A stretch of 51,685 nt of DNA. Source: Girardia tigrina. Its lineage: Eukaryota. The stretch is from assembly GCA_001938485.1 (NCBI GenBank), contig MQRK01234477.1, forward strand, positions 24,465 to 76,149, in the 5' to 3' direction. The position numbers were made by a program, and so were the translations under genes. Shown here piece after piece: positions 1-10,482 of this stretch. Each line of letters starts with the position of its first letter. The first letter of the stretch is position 1. Below the pieces are notes generated by a model. That model did no database searches and had not been told where the DNA came from. It saw only the letters and a list, made by a program, of their open reading frames with translations.

Positions 1-482
1 ATAATTGAAAACTGAGGGTACACTAAAATTGTCTTTTCTGACCCAGAAAAGTTATTTTGTCCTTTTGAGTGCATTATGAAAAGTGCTTAGTATTTTTTTT
101 AAAATTCTGTTATTTAGTTCTATTTTTAATCATGATTATTCGAACAATTTTTCAAAGTCATTTTTTAAAATATTTAACCTATAAAAATTATTAATTAAAA
201 ATAATAATTTTTACCATTCCTTAATAAATCCACAAATTATTAAAAATGCATTTAATTTAAAATTTTCTAAAAAAAATATTAAACTTAATTTTAATAGATA
301 AATTAAAAAATATGAACTTATAAAATGATTACCTTAATCATAGTCAAACATGTTAAATTTAAATTAAAAAAATACCTATTTCCATCTGGGTGGGAGAATC
401 ACCATTCTAAGTTCAACATACTTAAATCAACATACAGCACCAATACATTTACAAATTAAAACAATTTAAAATATTCCTCACA
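1..482 (-). mobile_element. Gypsy LTR (diverged member of the TG...TA family), truncated by the window edge
   Basis: On minus it begins TGTGAGGAATATTTTAAA at 482 and carries TCTCCCACCCAGATGG (382-397), as do the LTRs at 20308 and 38182. Confidence 0.75.
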
Positions 483-654
483 GTGTTAAAACAAAAAATA
501 AGTATGAATGACTGAAAACCAGAAGACCTTTTGACGATATTTAAAATAATAACATATCTTAATGTATGATTTAAATAAATATACGATTTTGAATTATAGG
601 ACAATTTTGTTTTTTAAACAAATATAAATATCTCTACGAACCAGGCGCATGAAG

Positions 655-835
655 TTAGCCGGTGAAGTTTCGATTTTGGATTTTTTGGTATTTGGTTTGC
701 ACTTCATTGTCCCTTAGGAATTTTTGAGTATGTTTCTTCAGTGCAAAAGTTACAAGCGAAAAACTAAAAAAAACTTAAAGACCCTAACCCTAATCCAGAA
801 AGACATCAAAATTCGAAAATTCACCCGTTAACTAA
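655..835. repeat. Imperfect inverted repeat (possible MITE remnant)
   Basis: GTTAGCCGGTGAAGTTTCGATTTTGGA near 655 resembles the reverse complement of TCAAAATTCGAAAATTCACCCGTTAAC near 806-832; internal CCCTAACCCTAA. Confidence 0.3.
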
Positions 836-908
836 ACGTTTCTTTGCGAACCGGTTGTTGAGCAATTCTAAACCCATCACTGAATAAAGTAAATATGAAA
901 TGAATTAC

Positions 909-1067
909 TTCACAAATCCTTTAAGGATATTTTTAGTGCTCCCTTCTGTAGAAATTGAATTTCGATCATCTTAAATGATACAAATGCAAAATATTAAAAA
1001 ATATCTAAATTATTACTGTCTCCCTGATCAACAGAAACAGCATCCAGAGAATTGTTTTCATTCTTTT
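909..1067 (-). CDS. Two candidate small exons (1017-1067, 909-969), possibly the Cav1 I-II linker
   Basis: AG/GT boundaries around a 47-bp intron; splice phases fit exon 6293-6408 (phase 1) and give an open peptide EKNENNSLDAVSVDQGDNDRNSISTEGSTKNILKGFV. No diagnostic motif. Confidence 0.35.
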
Positions 1068-1508
1068 CTAAAAAAATGATATATTAAAATAACAAAATTA
1101 AACGAAACTAAAAAATAAATTATTTATTACTTTAATTTTGATCATATAATAACGTTGATCATATAATATAATTAACATTGTTAAGAAAATTGAAATACAT
1201 AAGTTAGTATTTGAATTTCCTTAAACGAAATTTTAACGAACTAATAACGTACTTAGTATAAATATGAATAACGCAATTAAATTTGGTAACAGAAATATAT
1301 TAACTAAACAAATCTTTCAACGCAGATAAAAAGAAGTATACCTTTAATCACAAAACAATATTTGAAAGTTGGTCAGGAGGAAGAGAACGATACTAATCAG
1401 GAAAGATATTAATGTTGTATGTAAGAGGAAGATGAGATATATTTCTTCGTTTTATGTTTATTCGATTTCATATTAAAGTTCAGTTTCTTTCTCAAAAAAG
1501 GACCGGTC

Positions 1509-2374
1509 TCAACCGTCCCACAGGTCAAGGGAACATTGTTCAAGGAATCGTCGCTGTGCTTCGTCACAATCTGTTTCTTCAACACACTCGTACTGCAAGA
1601 ATTGCTACATCAATTAATCGGATCGAATTGATTAGTCGAAAAGAGATTGATTTGATTAAAAGAAAATTCATTGAATTTTGATTTCCCGGGAACAATTTCC
1701 CCATTGACACTCTCGGTTTCAGAATAATCCTTCAATTTACGTGTGATCGTTTCGAGAAATTTGAGTGCAAATCTTTTTACTGTTTTAACTTTCAAATCGA
1801 ATTTTAAACTGGGTACTAAAGAGAAAAGACTTTCGTCAATTACCGAGCTTAGAATCATATTGAGAATAACGCTAGAATGAACGAGATAATAGTCAGAGTT
1901 TATATCTGACGTCTCGGACGAATTATGAGACTTTTCCATTAAATGATGGTGCATATTCATTGATAATCGAAACAATTCGATGTGATTCGTAGATTGTTTG
2001 ACAGACCTCAGAATTTTTTTATCTTCACATCACATCTATCGTAACGCCATAACAAAAGATAATTAAAATATTCAACAAAAATCAACTCAATATCATTATA
2101 AACAATCGATTGATTATTTAATATCGATAGTTTTAGTTCAAATTCAAAATCGTTAAGTAAAACGAATCGGCGAAATCGCAAAATCGATCGATGATTTACG
2201 AGATAAATTGATCAATTTGATACTTCCCCTCGCACACTCACAGAACAGTTGAAAAAGTGAAATGACATAATCTTCCCCGCAAATAACGAGGTTTTTGAAG
2301 GCATTTCTGAAGAATTTTGGAGGCTTTTCTCCAAGACGGTGGATGGAGGAGCAAATTGAGCCCGCAACGCTCAA
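1509..2374 (-). CDS. Coding-like segments of an unidentified gene or pseudogene
   Basis: ORFs 2153-2374 and 1610-1975 and a terminal segment QFLQYECVEETDCDEAQRRFLEQCSLDLWDG* after an AG; more GC-rich than the flanks. Splice structure unresolved and no family recognised. Confidence 0.3.
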
Positions 2375-2429
2375 TTGTGGCTATGGAAACGCTACTGATG
2401 TAAATGTGAATATTATCGTATAAAAATAG

Positions 2430-3312
2430 ATATCCCAGACTCTGATCTTGCGTTGTGCCTTCCTTGGTTGCTGCACGTTTTTGAAATAGTAAGAACTATT
2501 GATCTTTCCGCTGGATTCAACAAAGTCAGTCAGAATAATGTCATTAGGTCCAAAACACTGTCAGCCTAAGAGCCATTCAGTTGCAAGTTGAGGACCGAAT
2601 TTTCAGTGAGCTGCTTTCTCTTGATAGTTTCCATTTTTGTGACTCTCTTTTAGATTCTGGGAAATAAAAGACAATGGTGTCTCGTCCACAGTGAGGATAT
2701 TATCAATGAAACGGTCTCTAAAATTGGTCCCGATTTGATGATTTTCCAAGCAGCATTCCAAATGTAGGCACATTCCCACCGTTAAGAAGCGTGGCACAAA
2801 ACGGGAACATAGTTTTCGAATACCACTTTCAGTGAGGAAAGTATACAGAGTGCCCTTGCTCACATTTTGACGGGTGTGAGCTCTCTCATTACTATTATTT
2901 TCTCGTTTTGCACAATTGTCTGTAGAGTTTGCATTATTTTATCATCAATTTCAGTGGGTCTTCTAGATATTTCTTCGATCACTACGGAGGTTCTACCAAT
3001 ATGAAAGTAATTGAACCAACGATAAATTGTTGCAACGGATAAGCACTCTTGTTGTTAAACATCTTTCAGTTCAGAAAGAACATTTTCTCTATTTTTTCCT
3101 TTTAAAAAGAGAAATTGAATAACGCTACGGTATTGAATAGTTTCCAGTGGCATTTTTAAAATATTTGCAAAAATTGACTTAAACAATAATGGATTATAAA
3201 TAACAAATAGATTTTCTTAACCTAATATATATTGAAATTTAAGTATGTCTGTATCAATTTTTTTACTATTATTATTTTTATCTTAGTCTAACAACTTATT
3301 GGATGCACCGCG
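2430..3312 (-). mobile_element. Degenerate mariner-like element, 3' truncated
   Basis: End TA-CGCGGTGCATCCAATAAGT; transposase fragments MPLETIQYRSVIQFLFLKG, TIYRWFNYF, KLCSRFVPRFLT, ILTVDET with stops and frameshifts. Confidence 0.8.
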
Positions 3313-4007
3313 TATTTGTTTGTTTTATGTATATGTTGTCCTTCAAACGTCTTCTAAAAATATTTAAACCGTGATCTGTGATTTCAAAATTGGAAGACAA
3401 ATTTCAAACTATGTGAACATAATTGCTAAACGTAATCAATCGATTATAAATATTTCAATATAAACTCATAATAATAAATTTAAAATTTGACAAACTAAGG
3501 GCCACTAAAAAGAATTTAAAAAGACATGGTATAATTTTGACATAAATCATTAATGAATGATTATCACAATAATGTTAATAAAGTATCGTTACTCATAAAT
3601 AAATGTCCAAGGTCATTCATTCAAACACATTAAAGTTTTTCAAAGCATGTTTTTAAGAACCTTTGTTCGGGATTCAATTATCGTTATTATATTTTTATTA
3701 TCATTAATTATATATATGTATATATGAATATATTTAATGGATCCCGCGCTCTCTTTTTCCTCATTCGCTTTGCATGAAAAAACTGAACAAAACATTCTGT
3801 GATATTTTATTTTTGTTTTTTTTACCATGGAATTTGTAAAAAACTTGTTTTGAAAAAATAATTTTTAATTTTTTTGTCAAAATATTGAATCGAAAATTAG
3901 TTTTAAAGGTAAAAAACAATTATCGACATTAATAATTATTATCGTGTAAAATTGATTTTTGTTTGAATAATCATGGTTTTTGATGAGTTTAAATATGTGA
4001 AATTATT

Positions 4008-4655
4008 ATGAAAATAAATAAATGATTTTGAAATAGAAGAACTGGATCAGTAAAATAAACAATATAATTTTATTGAAGATAATAGTCAAAATAATTTAGA
4101 AGATCATGTTGATGATGCGATATTGAACGATGTTACCGATAAGTTACCAACAGAAAACGAAAATACCGATCGGAGAAATGATTCTGACAATGTTGACAAT
4201 TCAGAAGAAATCGAGAGTACTTAATCGCTATCGGGCAGATCGAAAAAATCTGAAGAATTACAGGATGATATTGTAAATATTTCTGAATTGGAAAATGAAG
4301 CAAATAAAGAGTTAGATCATGAAGTTTATTTAAATAGGATTCAGATTCTTTTTACGTGCTCGGTGATTTTGCTGGATTACCTGAAATCTTGGGAAAGGAA
4401 AGTTTTCCTGTGTCTTATCAAGAAAATTCCATGAAAGAACTTTGTTTGGAATTTGTCGATAATTTTAAAAGACAATATCGTCATTTATACGGTGACAGAT
4501 GGCCTCCTTTATTGAAACCGAAAAATGAATGTGAAATAAAGAAATTCGTCTGCTCAGATATAACTCCTACAAAGTATCCATGTCCAGTAGAAGACTACTG
4601 GGAAGGAGTAGAAATGCCTTCACGATTTCTATCACCAATGACAGCTATCAAATCG
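4008..4655 (+). pseudogene. DRC7: DRC7/CCDC135 (dynein regulatory complex subunit 7) N-terminal pseudogene fragment
   Basis: FPVSYQENS..ELCLEFVDNFKRQYRHLYGDRWPPLLKPKNECEIKKFVCSDITPT matches the recalled DRC7 N-terminal block (SY..N...E..L....DNF.RQY.HL..DR.PL.L.P.NEC.V.KFV). The upstream acidic region has two in-frame TAA codons and a frameshift; truncated near 4655. Confidence 0.8.
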
Positions 4656-4773
4656 ATATGGGCCCATCACCTGATCGAGAGAGTTTCCCTGTGCAACCAT
4701 GCAGCCTCCGTCCGATTCTCGGGGTGACCTGAGTGTCGGGCGGAACAACCTTTAATAATTTAAATAATATATA

Positions 4774-6084
4774 CAATGCGGGTTATATTACTCCGAATGA
4801 TGATAATAATGCGTGCTTATTACTGAAAAAGTACTGTGTTGATAATAAACAGAAAGCGTACAGAATGCAGTAAACAGAATAAAAACACACAATCAGTAAC
4901 TGTGTACAGCAGCACCACGATTGTGAATACAAGCTTGTGGTCTACGTTGCATGGATTCAACGAGTGTTTTACAGAGAGTCCGTAAATAGGCATCAGTGTT
5001 CCAAATGTGCTTAATGCGTGCAATGAGTTCCTCTGTATTTGCAGTTGGCCTCTCATAAACCCGTCGCTTAAAATATGTCCAGAAGTTTTCTATTAGGGTT
5101 CAAGTCACATTAATGTTACGGTCATTCCATACAATGAATGCCTTATTTTTCGAGGTGCTGACGTGTCTTTATGGATACGTGGTAGGGGTGCTGTCCTTTT
5201 GGAAGACCCACTGCCCCTAGGGGAACCACAAATCAGCTGATGGTAGAAGAGAATTATCAATTATGTTGATATCTGTTGGAATTCATTGTTCCAGCAACTC
5301 CATCCAATACGCCAGTTTCATAATATGAAAAGCAAACCCACACCATTACCTTGGTGGGGTAGGCGCCCCTGGGAAGCAGATATCTGGAAGAGATTTTATC
5401 AGTGGCTGATCGTCTTACGAAACAGAATTTGCGTAGACCCACCAGAAATCTTGTCTTGTCACTGAAAATGATCTGCATGAAAATAGAAAGGTAAAACAAT
5501 GCTACAGTGTTTTTCAGCGTGAACTGTACCTTTTTCCAATCATCCATTGGTTTTCCCACATATTAAAGTGTCCAAAGAAGGCGTTTCATGCGGCTTTGCC
5601 TCAAAATGAATGCAGTGTAGATTGGTCTGTAGACCTTACAGCCAGCCTGTTGCAGAATTCAATGAACAGTTGTTCTGGACACATTTTCACCAGGAGCACC
5701 TGCTTGCTGCTTGATTTCTCGAAATGATAAGGTGCAATCTTTCTTCGATTCGTGGACAATCATAGCCTTCTCACTAGATGTCACATTTTCTTTGTGGCCA
5801 CAATGCCCAGCTCTCGATTTTGCAGTGCTACCTGTTTCCCACTATTGCTCCAGCACGCGGAATACACCACACTTTGAGCAACCAACTTGTTCTGCAATCT
5901 CTTTGTAGGACATGGATGTGTGGCGGTGCAACGCAACGATTTCGTCCCTCTTCCTTCGTGGAATGTCTTTCTTTCCGAAAGTGTTAAAAATACTGTACAA
6001 ATAAAATGTTGAATAGACAAGCATGATCGCACTCATGCAACATACTTGAAAATACAACCGATCTCAATAATATGAAACACATTG
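4774..6084 (-). mobile_element. Degenerate Tc1-like transposon
   Basis: Imperfect TIRs CAATGCGGGTTATATTA / CAATGTGTTTCATATTA flanked by TA; HTH fragment KRDEIVALHRHTSMSYKEIAEQVGCSKCGV and DDE fragments IIFSDKTRF, KVMVWVCFSY, GTMNSNRY. Confidence 0.85.
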
Positions 6085-6292
6085 TATATATATATTTATA
6101 TACAATTGTATATATATATATATATATACTTTTGTTGGTTTAAAGGGAAAAGGGGAGTGTGATTTTAGTTTTTTTGAATATTTCATTGTCGTTGAAAAGG
6201 TAGATTTTTTTTTGTTGTGCCAAGGATGTTTAAATTGTAGGAGAAGTTTTATATATAATAAAAAATAAGCATTTATTAAAGTTTATATTTAC

Positions 6293-6408
6293 CTGTGCTT
6301 TCAATCCATGTTTTATAGTTAATATAATCTGTTTTAATTTTCAAATTTTGTGTTTCTTTTAAATATTTCATGCGACGTTCAACCTTCAATTTCTCTTTCG
6401 TAAATTCT
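6293..6408 (-). CDS. Cav1-like exon 7 (start of I-II linker, AID region)
   Basis: 116 bp, [38 protein letters not shown], donor GTAAAT. Confidence 0.85.
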
Positions 6409-9400
6409 CTAGAAAAATATTTTAAAAATTTTGTACATAGACGAATAACTGTTTTCAATTATCACCATAGTTAAAAATAATTATCATAAATATAAAATTA
6501 AGCAAAATTATAACGACTAAATTATAGTTTCCGAACGTCATTCTGATAACAGCTTCTAATTATGCATATCAATATGTTTTTGGTATCCAGAAAAAACAAA
6601 CAGTAGTATTTGAGTCAATTTGCACAGTCCAATTACTTGATATGAGAGTTGCCATGAATTCCAGACAGAGTACAGCATATTGTTGGTAATAATAATTTTT
6701 ATTTTAATAATAGAGTTTAAGTTTCGTTCATCCCACGTTCGTTCATGTCCCGTTCGTTCGTACCACGCTCATTCATCCTGTGTTCATTCGTCCAGATTTT
6801 TTTATATAAAATGCTTTAACGTAATAAATGTGAGTCAAAGGAAATTGGGGTATACGTACTTATATGTGCGTAATTGACATCTTGACATCGGATTATGACA
6901 TCAAGCAAATAATTAACATATGATTTTACGTAAACTAAAATGTCAAAAGCCAAGCAATAGATTACAACAGTCTTTACGTAAACGATAATATAAATAATTG
7001 CGGGGAACTAAAATGTATATAAACTCGTTAGGAAACTAAAAAGTATCACTAGGCGGGAAATACATGGATTTTGTTTTTGGTTGCAGTAAAAGAGGAAAAC
7101 AAACTTTGCTATACAAAGGCCAGGTATATTGGTAATAGAGGAAAAACAAAAGCGGAACAATTGTTTTGGATGTAGTAAATTCCAAAGTTTTAAATATAAA
7201 GTGTTACTTGTATTATCAGGTGCTCGTGTTCTCAGTAACTCTTTGCCTGAACACACACACAACAGCAATAACTCAACAAGAAAAGCAATTGGGAAATGAA
7301 AAAATGCAAGATTTTGCGAATACTCCTGTTATTGGTCAAGCTAAAATTGAGCGTCAACTACCAGATCACGTTTTAACAGCTCTGCAAAAAGAACTCTTAT
7401 TGCGCGAAAATAAAAAACCCCGAGCGCTTGCAAATTACAACTCAAGATAATATGTTTGATATTCCTGAGCAATATCGAGTTATGATATTATTTGATTCTG
7501 TACATAGTAATGTGTAGTAAGTACTTTCATTTTAATCAAAGTTTTTTGTGCAAAATAAATGAAATAGGCCTGAATATCATATGTGAGCAGAACAATGAAG
7601 TACTTATTTATATACATTCAATGAATGCTTTAGCCTTTGTCTCGCCTGACAACGTTCCAGAATCATTTGATATATTATCAGAGGCTAAACCAAATTATGA
7701 ACAGTTAGATGAACTTTTAACATTCTTCGAACACACATATGTTGGAGGAAGAAGGCTTGTAGATAAAGCTCATGGATCAACTTTTCATCACATTAGAGTC
7801 TGAAATACGCATACGATAGGTTTAGATGTTATAGCTCGTACAAATAATGAGTTCGAAGGGTGTATTTACGGTTTGCAGACACTTTTTCACTGCACCTTTT
7901 AGACGGTCTAAGAGGTGACATGACTAAACAGAAAACAACATTTCTACAGGTAAATCCAGATATTATACATCCAACAAAAAACTGTATCGCTAAATTAATG
8001 AACAAGTGCAGCGTATATATGAATATTTACAAGACCAAAAATCTATCAAATGAAATAAAAACCTCATATCAAAAAATAAAAACCATTTTTGATGGTGAAT
8101 TTTTTTCAGTAACTGAATTCATGATAGATGTAATTTACCATTATAAAATAAATAATTACAGTCTAACATGTTTTTATGCGGTCCTATTTTTGGTGCACTC
8201 CTAAAATGAATAATTGTAAGCAAAAGAAGTGAAAAGTAAGACAATTACATTAGAAACTAAAAAACGCATAAAAAAGACCGTTCAAAAACAAGTTTGAATG
8301 TAAATTAAATTCAGATGGTTTTACCAGATGAAATAGCGGAGTTTAGTAAAAAAAGATATAAAGAGTAAAGTTGGTAAATTGTGAGGTTTTGGATATAAAC
8401 AATGTAATGATGTTATTAGTATGACCCAATTAGTATTTTTTAAAAAGTATTGTTGAAAAATAGTATCGCTGAAGAGATTAATTACATCGACCCTTTTGTC
8501 GATAGAACTAAATACTTTAAAGCGATTTGCATTGTCGATTACGAAGATCTGTTGTGCCAAGATGATGATACATCAATTAAGAACCTTAAAGATGAATAAT
8601 GCCATGCAGATTGTTGTTATGACTGCGAAGTTTATAAGGATCAAAGAATTGAATCATTTTAATGTTACAATTATGGTAACCAATTTTAATAATTTATAAG
8701 TTTTCAAAGTTTTTATAAATTTAGAACAGCCAAGCAGTCATTTTTGATCACATGGAAAATTATAACCGCATTCATTTAAGACAATAATTCAGCTCGACTT
8801 GATTTTTCACACTCCTATTCACATTCTTAAAATCTAGTAAAATTATAAAAATTCACAAAATTCAAGTCAATCGGAAGTATTGTCTTAAAATGGACGAGTT
8901 TTAAAATTGTCATTCGGTCATAAATAACTAAAAATTCATAAAAGAATAAACTAACCCACACAAAACACCAATTATAAGATTTAATACAAAATAAGATCCA
9001 ATAAGAACCAGAGAAATATAATAAATCCATGGCCATGTATTTCCATAAATATTATTTGTCTGAAATGAAAATTAATTAAAACACGAACTTTAATAATAAT
9101 AATCAATTAAAACCGCTAACTGATGAAGTTTTTTCTGAAAAAAACTTTATTTTAGTAAGACATATGTCAGGGGTTGCAAAGATTTTCAATATTGTGATTG
9201 ACTTTTTACTTTATAACCCTCTGTGATCAACATATTTTAATTTATATATTTTATTATTATTAATAACACAAATTAGATTTTCAATACATTTATTGATATC
9301 ACAATTTGAATTGCCACTAGGACGATTCTCCACAAAACTTTTGTAACTAGTCATCGTTCTTGATTGATAAATTTAATTTTATTTCTAAACGCTTTATTAT

Positions 9401-9863
9401 TCAAACAAATTTAAATTACAATTTATTTACAATTCGATTTCAAAATAATTTCAAATTTAAATTACAAAATAATTTTAATTATTTTAAAAAAATATTTTAA
9501 ATATATTAATTTAATTTTAAAGTTAATTATTTTAATTTTAAAATTGAATAAATACTTCGACGTTCTAAAATATTTAAAATATCAATCTTCCATCTGGGTG
9601 AGAGAAACAATATCCTAAAACAACATACCAAACAACATACAATTAGCACCACTCAAAAATATTCCTCATAATTATAATTTACGTTTTTCATTACCAAGTA
9701 GGTAATTACCATTTCAAACTTTATGATAAAGCTGACATAAAGTCATTATTCCTGAAAAAATCAGTACGTCTTTTTTGATCAATAATTTAGACAAATGATA
9801 ATATTCAATGAAAATGGTAAACTACGAATTTATATAAACCCTTAAATTTATCTATTAATTCAG

Positions 9864-9910
<47 letters not shown>

Positions 9911-10434
9911 NNNNNNNNNNNNNNNNNNNNNNNNNNNNNNNNNNNNNNNNNNNNNNNNNNNNNNNNNNNNNNNNNNNNNNNNNNNNNNNNNNNNNNNNNN
10001 NNNNNNNNNNNNNNNNNNNNNNNNNNNNNNNNNNNNNNNNNNNNNNNNNNNNNNNNNNNNNNNNNNNNNNNNNNNNNNNNNNNNNNNNNNNNNNNNNNNN
10101 NNNNNNNNNNNNNNNNNNNNNNNNNNNNNNNNNNNNNNNNNNNNNNNNNNNNNNNNNNNNNNNNNNNNNNNNNNNNNNNNNNNNNNNNNNNNNNNNNNNN
10201 NNNNNNNNNNNNNNNNNNNNNNNNNNNNNNNNNNNNNNNNNNNNNNNNNNNNNNNNNNNNNNNNNNNNNNNNNNNNNNNNNNNNNNNNNNNNNNNNNNNN
10301 NNNNNNNNNNNNNNNNNNNNNNNNNNNNNNNNNNNNNNNNNNNNNNNNNNNNNNNNNNNNNNNNNNNNNNNNNNNNNNNNNNNNNNNNNNNNNNNNNNNN
10401 NNNNNNNNNNNNNNNNNNNNNNNNNNNNNNNNNN

Positions 10435-10482
<48 letters not shown>

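Noticed and set aside
625-700. Minus-strand KYQK / NFMRLVR resembling histone H3
   Set aside because: Needs frameshifts, is very short, and lies in an imperfect inverted repeat.
1680-1730. SETESVN...KSKF resembling the vertebrate Cav1.2 I-II linker
   Set aside because: Short low-complexity match inside a longer unrelated ORF, in a region not expected to be conserved at this distance; no convincing splice sites. Probably coincidence.
4040-4230. In-frame TAA codons in DRC7 (and in the mariner at 14137) as a possible stop-codon reassignment
   Set aside because: They occur only in decayed copies, the DRC7 one also frameshifted; intact Cav1, Rab and 889-aa frames have no internal stops, and the 889-aa ORF ends in TAA.
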